DNA from: Macrostomum lignano
Lineage: Eukaryota
DNA length: 64,000 nucleotides
NCBI GenBank assembly: GCA_002269645.1
Contig: NIVC01002898.1
Location: forward strand, 67,196-131,195
Direction of reading: 5' to 3'
Shown one piece after another: positions 52,636 to 63,761 of this stretch. The notes beneath the pieces are model-generated. The model saw nothing but the letters and a program-made list of their open reading frames with translations, ran no database searches and had not been told where the DNA came from. Positions within the stretch are counted from its first letter, which is position 1; each line of letters opens with the position of its first letter. The position numbers and the translations under genes were made by a program.

Positions 52636-55600
52636 GATGATAGCACGCGGAGCAGCGATCGTCCTCCGCTTGAGCCGGCGGTCACTGCAGCCGAAGCGGC
52701 AGGCAGCAGACAGTCCTGCGATCGTCCTCCGCTTGAGCCGGCGGTCACTGCAGCAAGCGGCAGGCAGCAGACAGTCCTGCGATCGTCCTCCGCTTGAGCC
52801 GGCGGTCACTGCAGCAAGCGGCAGGCAGCAGACAGTCCTGCGATCGTCCTCCGCTTGAGCCGGCGGTCACTGCAGCAAGCGGCAGGCAGCAGACAGTCCT
52901 GCGATCGTCCTCCGCTTGAGCCGGCGGTCACTGCAGCAAGCGGCAGGCAGCAGACAGTCCTGCGATCGTCCTCCGCTTGAGCCGGCGGTCACTGCAGCAA
53001 GCGGCAGGCAGCAGACAGTCCTGCGATCGTCCTCCGCTTGAGCCGGCGGTCACTGCAGCAAGCGGCAGGCAGCAGACAGTCCTGCGATCGTCCTCCGCTT
53101 GAGCCAGTGGTCACTGCAGCCGTAGCGGCAGCATTTATCGGATCCTTGCAAAATAGAATTTCTTTTCTGGCATTCCAAATCCCAAATGGCTTTCATAAAC
53201 GCACAGTTCCCCGTTGGAAAGCCGAATACAAAGTGCGGCGTCAGCGTTAGCTGACTCGCATGTACGCACCTGAAATGGTAAGAGTGAAGCGTCTGAAGTA
53301 AATAACGATGCATAGTGTTATATTTTTAAATAATACCGAAACGAAACAATCTTCTCAGTTTTGAACATAAATGGAGACAGTACTCAAGGGCACAGTGGGA
53401 GATATCCTGGAAGTGGTTGCCATGGAAGGGGGAGCGCTGCCTGGGAGGGGTAGAGTGGGAGAGGAGCCCGAGAGGGGTAGCCTGGCAAGAGTAGCCAGGA
53501 AGGGTAGCCTGGGAGCGCTGTCTGGAAGAGGTTGAGTGGGAGATAAAGCCCGGAAGGGCTGCCTGGGAGGGGTAGAGTCCGGTTAGCCTGGAGGGGCTGT
53601 CTGGGAGGGCTGTCTGGGAGGGCTGTCTGGGAGGGCTGTCTGGGAGGGCTGTCTGGGAGGGGTAGCCTGTGAGAGGTAGAGTGGCAGGGTGTGGAAAATG
53701 ACAGCAGGGTATGGGGAAGGCCGGCAGGGTGTGGGGAAGGGTAGCAGGAAATAGGGAAGGCCAGCAGTAGGGAAGGCAGGCAGGGTGTGGGGAAGGACAG
53801 CAGGGTGTGGGGAAGGGTAGCAGGGAGTAGAGAAGGTCAGCAGGATGTGGGGAAGCCGGCAGGGTGTGGGGAATGCCAGCAGGGAGTGAGGAAGGCCTGC
53901 ATTGATGGGGAAGGACAGCAGGGTGTGGGGAAGGGTAGCAGGGAGTAGGGAAGGCCAGCAGGATGTGGGGAAGGACAGCAGGGTGTGGGGAAGGTTAGCA
54001 GGGAGTAGGGAAGGCGAGCAGGATGTGGGGAAGGCCGGCAGGGTGTGGGGAAGGGTAGCAGGAAATAGGGAAGGCCGGCAGGATGTGGAGAAGCCGGCAG
54101 GATGTGGAGAAGTCGGCAGGGTGTGGGGAAGGGTAGCAGGGAGTAGGGAAGGCCAGCAGGAAGTGGGGAAGCCGGCAGGGTGTGGGGAAGGCCGGCAGGG
54201 TGTGGGGAAGGGTAGCAGGAAAAAGGGAAGGCCAGCAGTAGGGAAGGCTGACAGGGTGTGGGGAAGCCGGCAGGGTGTGGGGAAGGGTAGCAGGGAGTAG
54301 AGAAGGTCAGCAGGATGTGGGGAAGCCGGCAGGGTGTGGGGAAGGCCGGCAGGGTGTGGGGAATGCCAGCAGGGAGTGAGGAAGGCCTGCATTGATGGGG
54401 AAGGACAGCAGGGTGTGGGGAAGGGTAGCAGGAAATAGGGAAGGCCAGCAGTAGAGAAGGCTGGCAGGGTGTGGGGAAGGGTAGCAGGGAGTAGGGAAGT
54501 CCAGCAGGAAGTGGGGAAGCCGGCAGGGTGTGGGGAAGGGTAGCAGGGAGTAGGGAAGGCCAGCAGGAAGTGGGGAAGCCGGCAGGGTGTGGGGAAGGCC
54601 GGCAGGGTGTGGGGAAGGGTAGCAGGAAAAAGGGAAGGCCAGCAGTAGGGAAGGCTGACAGGGTGTGGGGAAGCCGGCAGGGTGTGGGGAAGGCCGGCAG
54701 GGTGTGGGGAAGGGTAGCAGGAAATAGGGAAGGCCAGCAGTAGGGAAGGCAGGCAGGGTGTGGGAAGGACAGCAGGGTGTGGGGAATGCCAGCAGGGAGT
54801 GAGGAAGGCCTGCATTGATGGGGAAGGACAGCAGGGTGTGGGGAAGGGTAGCAGGGAGTAGGGAAGGCCAGCAGGATGTGGGGAAGGACAGCAGGGTGTG
54901 GGGAAGGGTAGCAGGGAGTAAGGAAAGCCAGCAGGGTGTGCGGAAGGCCGGCAGGGTGTGGGGAAGGGTAGCAAGGAGTAGGGAAGGCCAGCAGGATGTG
55001 GGGAAGCTGGCAGGGTGTGGGGAAGTCTAGCAGGATGTGAGGAAGCCAGCAGGGTGTGGGGAAAGCCAGCAAGGAGTAAGGAAGGCTGGCAGGGTGTGGG
55101 GAAGGACAGCAGGGTAGGGGAAAGACAGCAGGGTATGGGGAAGGACAGCAGGGTGTAGGGAAAGCCTGCATTGGTAGTGAAGACAAGCAGGGTGTGGGGA
55201 AGGACAGCAGGGTGTGGGGAAGGGTAGCAGGGAGTAGGGAAGGCCAGCAGGATGTGGGGAAGGCCGGCAGGGTGTGGGGAAGGGTAGCAAGGAGTAGGGA
55301 AGGCCAGCAGGATGTGGGGAAGGCCGGCAGGGTGTGGGGAATGCCAGCAGGGAGTGAGGAAGGCCTGCATTGATGGGGAAGGACAGCAGGGTGTGGGGAA
55401 GGGTAGCAGGGAGTAGGGAAGGCCAGCAGGATGTGGGGAAGGACAGCAGGGTGTGGGGAAGGGTAGCATGGAGTAGGGAAGGCGAGCAGGATGTGGGGAA
55501 GCTGGCAGGGTGTGGGGAAGCTGGCAGGGTGTGGGGAAATCTAGCAAGGAGTAAGGAAGGCTGGCAAGGGTGTGGGGAAGGACAGCAGGGTAGGGGAAAG

Positions 55601-56730
55601 ACAGCAGGGTATGGGGAAAGACAGTAGGGTGTGGGGAAGGCTAGCAGGATATGGGAAAAGCCAGCAAGGTATGGCCATGTGGGAAGGCCAACAATATACA
55701 ATGAAGGCCAAGCAGGATACATTGAAGAGCAGCAAGGTTTGTGAAAGACAGCAGGGTATGGAAAAGGCCCATAAAAGACAATGAAGGGCAGTAAGGTATG
55801 GGAAAGGCTTGTATTGATAAGAAAAGGTAGCAAGTGTTGTAGGAAGGCCATCAGGGTAAGATATGGTAAAGCAAGGGCAGTAGGGTGTAACCATGTAGGG
55901 AAGGCTAGCAGGTTATGGGGAAAGGGAAGGTTAAAAAAAATATAGAACCTCTAAATACTAAATACTAATTTCAGGCTCAACCTATAACATAAAATAGTAG
56001 AATAGAACCCAATTTATCAATAAAATAAAAAATAAAAAATACATCCATTTATGGAATATATATAATAGGCTATTAGTATAGTATATTAGAACCCTAAATT
56101 ATGGTTGTTCAATATATCTATCAATATAGCTAGCTTTACTAAATAGTTTCTCTCCTAAACTCAGGATTCAGGGTTCAGAAAAAAGAATATTGAATATATA
56201 GCCCTAGGCCTAGCTTAGTCACACAGTTATTGCATTCAGTTACAAAATTGTGCATAGGCCTAGCTACAAACTGAAACTGAGCGCCATCCAAGTTCACTTA
56301 TTGAACTTTAAGTCGAGTCGTATTGTTCTCCTCCTGTTCTAATATTAATTCGCTGGGCCTATTAATATTGTGGAAATAATAAACAGCTAGTACTTAGTAG
56401 GCCTACATAAAATAATGTTAAATGTTAACACTTACACTTGTAAGTTGTAACTAAGTCATCCTGACCTAATATTTATCTAGCATTCTAGTGACACTAAAAT
56501 ACTGTACTAGAGAATAGTAGCGTAGTAGGTTAGTAAAATCGCTAGGCCTACTTTGCATTAGTGAACTAAAAAATAAGCAAAAACGTCTGTTCAAATTTGT
56601 GCCATATTTGGCCCTTGTGCGCATAAAAAAGGCGGTCTATAGCATGCTACTGTATCATATAGCATGATACGGACTGCCTTATAGGCGGTTTTTGCCGTGT
56701 TCTATACCGCCTAACGTGTATATACGGGTG
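52636..56730 (-). repeat. Right inverted arm (4095 bp) of the foldback element
   Basis: Contains about 7.6 copies of a 61/63-bp repeat (52655-53120), the segment 53100-53520 missing from the left arm, and the G-rich array at about 53400-55920. Confidence 0.93.
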
Positions 56731-58469
56731 TTGAAAAGTATAATCTTTAATTCTGCTTTAAAAATAGCATATGAAACAAATAAAATCGTACTACTTTATT
56801 AGGTAATATTAATTTATTCACAAAAGCAATAGTTCCTAACTTAAAATATTTGAAAACGGAATTTAACATTAGGATGAAAATCTGTAAATTTAAATTTTTT
56901 GTTATAGCTTATAAAAATCCGGTATAGGTTGATAATGTACGCAATTCACAATTCAAAAACAATTTACTCGTATTTTCGTATCCCCGTTAATTCTAATATC
57001 CGCATAGATTAAGGAAGGTTAGTCTTCGAGTCTTTTTCAGCTCTCTTTCGTCTGCATTGGCTCGCATATTATGTAGATCCACCAAAAAATTAACCTTACA
57101 TGTAGTTGCTGGACTCCTCCGGGTTGGTCGTCGGTCTCGAGTGTGCTCGCTCCTCCTCCGCACCCCCACCCCCCGCGGATTCCGGCCCGGCAACGTGCTG
57201 GGCACATTAATATTTCTAGCTCCGGTTTGAATGGCCTCTCACCTGCCGAATCGATGGTATATAGCTACTATACTAGTACTGTAGTCTTGTCACACTTAAA
57301 TTGCTTTTTACAGTGGGCTTCCGTTGTTTCATTTATTCGCTCTATATTTCTTCAATTGTGCCACTTTTTTATATTTGAGCCGGCCTCTTCTAACATTGTG
57401 TGTTAATTTTGCTTGGCTTGGCTACATGTAATTTTGCTTCGTGGCCCTTTCGTATGACTTTTTAATTATACGGATATACGGATATATGCATGAATTTAGA
57501 GTTACTTAAAGCGGCTTGTTTTAGCGGGGGCAATGTTTCTAAGAGCTGACAGAAACTTGCACAGGTAAAAACATTGATAAGTTCATCAGCTAAGGTTTGT
57601 TGAGTTTTGTTTGAACTGCGAGATACATGTCGTAGTTGTTAGGTCAATCCTATTTTTCATCCTTTTATTCTGTATTATTTTCGTACGAAGTTACATGTAT
57701 ATTGTAGGGAGCTGACAGAATTCCAGATGCAGTTCTCTGAAGAAAAACTTGTAACAAAACGTGTGGCTAGCGTTTGAAAAAAAAGTGATAGAATTGCCTT
57801 CTAAAATTTCGCTGTCGGTTTCAATATTGATATTTGATTATATGGACATGAAATATGAGCGTATGCATGCGGTTTTCAGCTTTCAGTTTGCATGGTGTTA
57901 GCGAATCAGCTCATCATCACCGAGATTAAAGAAAATCTTTAAATCCTGAACTCTAAAGCACTTAGGTAGGAAATCAAAATGACACATTGCGAGCCAATTT
58001 AGACAGAACTGTCTCGGTTGAATTCATTCCTTAGGCCGTTTTTATGTGCTTGAGCCTTGACACATTTGATGCAAAAATTATCCTGGGTGATGGCATGGAC
58101 TCGGCTTGTATTCTTAAATTAGGCATGCTCTGTCCAATAGGCCAGCGCGTGCACAAACGTGCACAAAGCTAGCGACACCATGCTCAGCGGTTGGTGTGCA
58201 GACACTTCTGCTGCTGCTGATGCTAATGCTCAATTAAGGTGTGACAGAGCCCAAAAAATAGCTTTTTTGTTAGTTAAGGTCATTTGTCAATTACGTAGTT
58301 AAACAGGAACTCACTCAGTAGCAGATAACAGATTTAGTTTGTCTCGCAATTGTTATGCTAGTTTAGTTTGCGAGTAGCCAACGAACGTCCCAGGTAGAGA
58401 AAAAAGAGGGAGATATATCCCACTAGGCATCAATTTCACTATATTTAATAGCTCAGCTGCATGTTTAGG

Positions 58470-59166
58470 TCAAGTGCGAATGTACGGCAGGATGAGGTGC
58501 GAGGTGGGGTGATCAATGTCAGAGGGGATGGGCAGACTGGGAGGGTTGGGGTAATGGCGCCAGAGAAAAAGGGCCGATAGCACAATACCCCTCCCAAAGT
58601 CATAAAAACAAAGACTGAATGAAATCGACAAAAATGCATTTAATGGAGTTCGTAATACGAAAATAAGAGAAAAGGATGCGGTTACTGAAAACGCGAGAAC
58701 AAGGATGAAGAGCGCTACGCAAAAAAATCGCAAAAATGTTCTTATTGAACGACACAAACTTGTTATAAAAGTAAACTAAAAATTAGGTATTTTGTAGTTC
58801 AGGTCTTCCGGGCTGCGCCAGACTCCCGCTTGACACCACACCGGCACTCTTGGAACCCGAAGTCACACTCACTGACGCTGAAAAAATTATATCGCTTTCG
58901 ACATCATCGCTGTGGTCATCGATCAGCCTCCTGCCGGTCTCCGATGCTCGACACCTTTTCCTTTGTGTCCTTTCAGCCTGGCCCTCCTCACAACTCCCGA
59001 GGAACGAGTGAAAAGTTTGCTTTAGCACACCTGAGAGAGTGAGAACACACGGATAACACTACTAGAAGCTGTACTCACCGACTGGGTGATAGTTCAATGG
59101 CATTGTTGGGCACAACGATTGATCATTTACCGTGTTGGAAAGCTCATGAGTATTCTTCCATTCCAT
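58470..59166 (-). CDS. Candidate orphan small membrane protein (183 aa, one or two hydrophobic segments); gene model uncertain
   Basis: Exons 59166-59079 (GAG-ATG-G; donor GTGAGT), 59030-58873 (acceptor CTCTCAG; donor GTGAGT) and 58775-58470 (acceptor TTTTTAG) join in frame. Hydrophobic stretch FLRFFCVALFILVLAFSVTASFSLIFVL. No family recognised. Confidence 0.42.
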
Positions 59167-60230
59167 CTCCACTTTTTTAAACTTACAAACACATTCATGG
59201 GCCATCAATTAATCATGATTGAGTTTCAGATCTAGCTCATATTAAACATGTTTTAATCCGTACATCAAATCAATGTACGGGTAGGTACCAGGAAATAGAG
59301 CATGTTTTTATTCAAATGGTTTCTTAGAAAATCTGTATCATACTTCGCCTTATAAAGTAAAATTTTATGTTTCTTTTCATGTATGCGCTAGTACATGATA
59401 TTAATCGTACGCAACTTCTAAATTATGCAGTAAACAGCTACAGGCTACGATACCCACTGATGAAGAGAGTAATGTCTAATAAAAAATCGACCTCCACTTG
59501 AGGCTGAAACACTTGTACAGTAAGCTAGTTCAATTCTCGATACAATTTATAAAATTTCTCCAGAATAATTTAAGCGATCGGAGTAAAAAACTGCAGCCTA
59601 ATTGCAGATGTAGCAGATTTTCTTACTTCATACTTACCAACTAGCTACTTTTTACATGTATAAACCTTCAACCCGGGAGTAAAAAGTCATAATAAACCAA
59701 GGACTAAAGCTGAGAGCTATCCAATTACAACTATATAGGCGAAATAAACCCTATACTAGATTTTGTCATTGATTCCATATATAAGCTTGCTGCACATTCC
59801 ATCGCATGTGGACGATAAGGTGTAATTATTAAGACTGCAGTATAAAGGTGCTAAGTGTGCCGATGTCAACACGTCAACTATTCAATTCCGAGAGCACGTG
59901 CCTTGGAATTTACACGTCCTTCCGCCAATATCGTGACTGAGATTCTTTTTGGTCCACATGGTACCAGCAGACGTCATGCAAGCTCGGCCTATAATAAGCC
60001 TTAATAGCACGCAAGTCAAAAACAATTTCGGTACACATTGTTGGGGACATTAGCATGGATTCGCTCTGCAGACTTCATGTGCAACTGTCGATTCTTGTTT
60101 ATTGCTGCTTGTTCTGCCAATGCCCTGCGCTGTCGGTCGCTGGCGCAGGTGTGCCATCCGCTGTGCCCAACAATGCCATTGAACTGTCACCCAGTCCGTG
60201 AGTAAAGCTTCTGCTAATGTTATCCGTGTG
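59046..60230. repeat. 72-bp inverted duplication (59046-59117 versus 60159-60230) containing an exon end plus GTGAGT donor in each copy
   Basis: 65/72 identical, no indels; no flanking TSD. Confidence 0.9.
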
Positions 60231-63200
60231 CTGTCGATTTGTTTTACTTGACTATATTCTGGCTAAAAGTGACATGGCGTCACCTGTGTAGGAGTGAAGG
60301 TGACACTGGCGCCTTTCTGGGCTGGCAGTACGACACTGGGGATGTCAGGAGGGTTGTCACTTTGGGTGTCAGGAGGGTTGTCACTTTGAGTGTCAGGAGG
60401 GTTGTCACATTGGGTGTCAAGAGGGTTGTCACTTTGAGTGTCAGGAGGGTTGCCAAATTGGGTGTCAGGAGGGTTGTCACTTTGGGTGTCAGGAGGGTTG
60501 CCAAATTGGGTGTCAGGAGGGTTGCCACATTGGGTGTCAGGAGGGTTGTCACTTTGGTAGTCAGGAGGGTTGCCACTTTGGGTATCAGGAGGATTGCCAT
60601 ATTGGGTGTCAGGGTTGACACTTTGAGTGTCAAGAGGGTTGCCACTTTGGGTGTCAGGAGGGTTGCTACTTTGGGTGTCAGGAGGGTTGCCACTTTGAGT
60701 GTCAGGAGGGTTGTCACATTGGGTGTCAAGAGGGTTGTCACTTTGAGTGTCAGGAGGGTTGCCACTTTGAGTGTCAGGAGGGTTGTCACATTGGGTGTCA
60801 AGAGGGTTGTCACTTTGAGTGTCAGGAGGGTTGCCACTTTGAGTGTCAGGAGGGTTGTCAACTTTGGGTGTCAGGAGGGTTGCCACTTCGAGTGTCAAAG
60901 GTTGGCTCGCGAAAACAGGTCATGAACAAATCAGCTTAAGTGTGTCCCGCCAACGCATACTGCAGAAGCTACCTGCTACTCGTTCCAAGGACGTTTCGAC
61001 CAGGGCAGGAGTTGCGCATCAGTGCTACAATATTCAGGCTGCTGTACAAGAGTCTGTCGATCAGGCTGTCGGTCATGCGGTTGGCATCAGACGGTTTCCA
61101 AGAAACTGAGATTGCGTCTGCTAACGAGACTTTTGTGACTCCCAGCTCGAGAATTATCGGGACTCTTGTAAGTTGACGTGTAGTAGGAGCTATAGACAAC
61201 TAAATCGTAAGGTCGTGTTTTGCCCGAGGTGCGCAAGAAACTGTCTCCCACCAAAAAGTACTCAAAAACTGAACGACAGGCTTAGCATGAGATTCACGCC
61301 CATAAGGTTCAACCTCCAACGCGTGAGGCACAGAGTGTGTACATGTTCACTACACACACCCTGTGGTATCCGCGTGCAGTGCTCGGGGTTGCTTGAAAGA
61401 CTGCTTGAAAATCCACACTGCCTGCTGGTCGACCCTCGCCCTTGGTTTACCGCAGAGCCGAAAGCCCATTCTACAAACTGAGAGTGGGGCTTCTTTCTTC
61501 AGTTGGGGTGGTCTTCCGATTTGATAATTCACAGCAAATGCAAGCAAGTAGATTTAAACCAACTATACACGTACCTAAAAGATTCCAGAGCACGTATCCC
61601 ATGGAAACTACAGCCTAGTCGTGGAGGGCGCGCTGCACCCTCTCGGCGGCCCCGTCTTCAGCAACCGCACGGCCCTGTCGCTTGACCCGCGGCTGTTCTC
61701 CGCCTTCGTCCAGTTCTCCAAGCCCGTCTACGCCATGGGAGACGTCGTGCGCTTCCGCGTGATTCCGCACGAGTTCAACCTGCAGGTGCAGCAGCGCCTG
61801 TTCACCAGCGTAGAGGTCACCGACTCCAGCAACCTGGTCGTGCGGCGTTGGCTGTCGCCGAGGACCGGCGCTCGCGGCTTCATCGACCTGGAGCTGCAGC
61901 TGCCCGACACGAGCAACCACGGCGAGTGGCGCGTCCGCTGCGTCAGAGAGACGTTCGCGATCGAGAAGGCGTTCACCGTGTCGTTCAACACCGTCAGGAG
62001 CATGATCTCCGTGAACGTGACAATGCCGCAGCGGCTGTCCGAGTTCGCCTTTGGCGTCTACGGTATCCTGGAGGCGAACCACAGCAGCAACGTCGGCTGC
62101 AGGGGAAACGCGACGATCCGGCTGGAGCTGCGGAGGCGGGAGGTGCCGCTGTGGGCTCCGTCACCAAGGAGATCCCCTTCGTGAGCGATGCGGGAGTCCT
62201 TTGGATCCTTCGGCGTCCAAGTACAGTACAAGCGTAGATCTCCTTCGCGAGCCTTCTGGGAGTCCTTTAGGTCCTTCGGTCCAAGAAAATACCTTGAGGT
62301 GCTTGCGGGAGCCCAAGGTCATTTTGAGTCTTTTTGGATCAATTTGAGTTTCATGGGGGTTTAGCATCAACCGTTAGGAGTGTCAGAGTTGCCATCTGAG
62401 GTTTCAAGGATGCCATTTGTGCGTCTATAGCGCCATTTGGGGGCTCAACGACAGGAATCAAACCCTTACTGATTACAAGCCTGTCTTTCCCAAAACAAAC
62501 GGCGTCCCAGGTAAGAACAAATAATTATCGCCATTGATTCCTCCTGCTCCCTGACATTTTTACAGTTTCACGGTCGGTCTGTCTTCCTGTTCACTATGCA
62601 AGAAATCAAGAGGCACTGCAGCTGCAGTCGCGACCAAGCGACGTCGAAGTCAAGGCCGAAGCCACGGTGTTTGACTGGCAGTATTTGACGAAAGAGACCA
62701 GCTCGGCATATTCCGTCATCTTTCGAGAAGTTGCCGACATCAAATTTATTGGTGACTCGTTCGACAGTTCAAGCCGGGATTTCGTTTACCGCGTTGGTAA
62801 GTCTGCACCACTAGGGGGCTGACTGACTCAGTTGTAACGCTTTTGACCTCCGCGCCGAAGTCCCTGGGTCCCTGACGCGGGCACAAACTCACCAGGGGCC
62901 TGTCCTGCGATTGACGACCATGATAGCCAAGCCCAAGAAATGCAGTGTTACACTGCCTGCCGGTGGGAAATTCAGGGCCCCTGTACACCTGCGTGATTGT
63001 ATGCCCGACACCCTGTGCGCGTGCGCGTGGTCAAGTGTCTTTGGAATCTGAGCCTTAAACTCCCCTTCCCCCACACTGCAGCTGTGGGTGTTCCAGCCAG
63101 ACGGTCGCAGGCCGGACCCCAGGCACAGGCGCGTTGACGTCACCGTCTACTGCACACCGGCAGGCAGGTTGAGGGTCGAGTCCGGCCTGCCGTCCCTGAC

Positions 63201-63761
63201 GACTCCGTGATCCGCTTCACGCTGCGCACGGACGGCGGCTGCATCAATTACAGGCTGGTGGCGTGCTCCAGTCCTCGGGCAGTTCGATGGCGAGAACTGC
63301 TGAGCAGTTCATCTCCGCCACTACTCAGCCACGGGTGCTTATCTCACAGTGACCACATCGACTGCCAGGCCCACCGTGGATCGCTACATGGTGTTCAACG
63401 TGCGGACTCCCACTATGCCCCCTGAGATTCACTACCTCATCCAAGCTGGTGCAGCATTCTGTTCAGCGACATCGTCAGGATGCCAGCTGGCGTGCTGTCC
63501 AAGACCTTCTCCATCGCGCTGTCGCGGGAGATGGCGCCTGTGGCAAGAATTGTGGCCTACTTCATGAAGCAGGGAAGAGTTGGTCACCGACTCGCTGAGC
63601 TTCTTTGTTGAGCTGCTCAGAATGAGCTCAATTAGCGTGACGATGAACCAGGGCTGGATTTGTCAGGCAAGACCGTCACTGGCTGGGTGTCAGGAGCTGC
63701 GCCGGGTCCTTCGCCCTGCTGTCAGCTGTGCCCTTCGACTTGTACCTGAGATTCGGGTCCA
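60055..63761 (+). CDS. Alpha-2-macroglobulin/thioester-protein family gene, 5' part (Mcr/TEP6- or CD109-like), with several apparent single-base frameshifts; continues beyond the window
   Basis: Exon 60055-60197 encodes a signal peptide (MDSLCRLHVQLSILVYCCLFCQCPALSVAG). Exon 60966-61167 encodes SYLLLVPRTFRPGQ (MG1). Exon 61582-62180 encodes GNYSLVVEG, FSKPVYAMGDVVRFRV and GEWRV (MG2). Exon 62566 to about 62795 encodes FHGRSVFLF...KFIGD..FKPG. Exon 63082 to about 63761 encodes YLTVTTSTARPTVDRYMVFNVR, FSIALSREMAPVARIVAYF and ELVTDSLSFFV. No thioester region lies within the window. Confidence 0.85.
60340..60895. repeat. 24-bp minisatellite in TEP intron 1
   Basis: Unit GGGTGTCAGGAGGGTTGTCACTTT. 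Confidence 0.94.

Larger units (their letters stand above)
44828..56730. mobile_element. 11.9-kb foldback DNA transposon with kilobase inverted arms and 7-bp TSD (Galileo/P-superfamily-like architecture), apparently non-autonomous
   Basis: Termini CAGCCGTATATACACGTTAGGCGG (44828) and CACCCGTATATACACGTTAGGCGG (reverse complement, 56730). TTGAAAA at 44821-44827 and 56731-56737. Arms are colinear without indels for more than 1.1 kb: 44828+56730 = 45664+55894 = 101558, and the 117-aa ORFs 45664-46017 and 55541-55894 are identical. Confidence 0.92.

Noticed and set aside
53110-53140. KCCRYGCS as the start of a THAP domain
   Set aside because: Only the CxxxxC-like start matches. The downstream conserved P, W and CxxHF residues are not found, so no transposase is called.
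45664-55894. 769, 654, 449 and 345-aa Pro-rich ORFs and their Gly-rich antisense ORFs
   Set aside because: They are translations of the 19-20-bp C/G-rich arrays inside the foldback arms, with frames drifting with unit length.
44828-56730. Foldback structure as a chimeric-read or assembly artefact
   Set aside because: An exact flanking 7-bp direct repeat, a 4.7-kb unique spacer, arm-specific substitutions, a deletion and array differences are not expected from a read fold-back. Spanning reads are still needed for proof.
59455-59515. CTGATGA…GAAAC as a hammerhead ribozyme
   Set aside because: No convincing stem II between the motifs and no stem I/III complementarity.
59046-60230. CACACGG…CCGTGTG ends as a Transib/Chapaev transposon
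   Set aside because: No 3-, 4- or 5-bp TSD at any plausible boundary. It is kept only as an alternative explanation for the inverted duplication.
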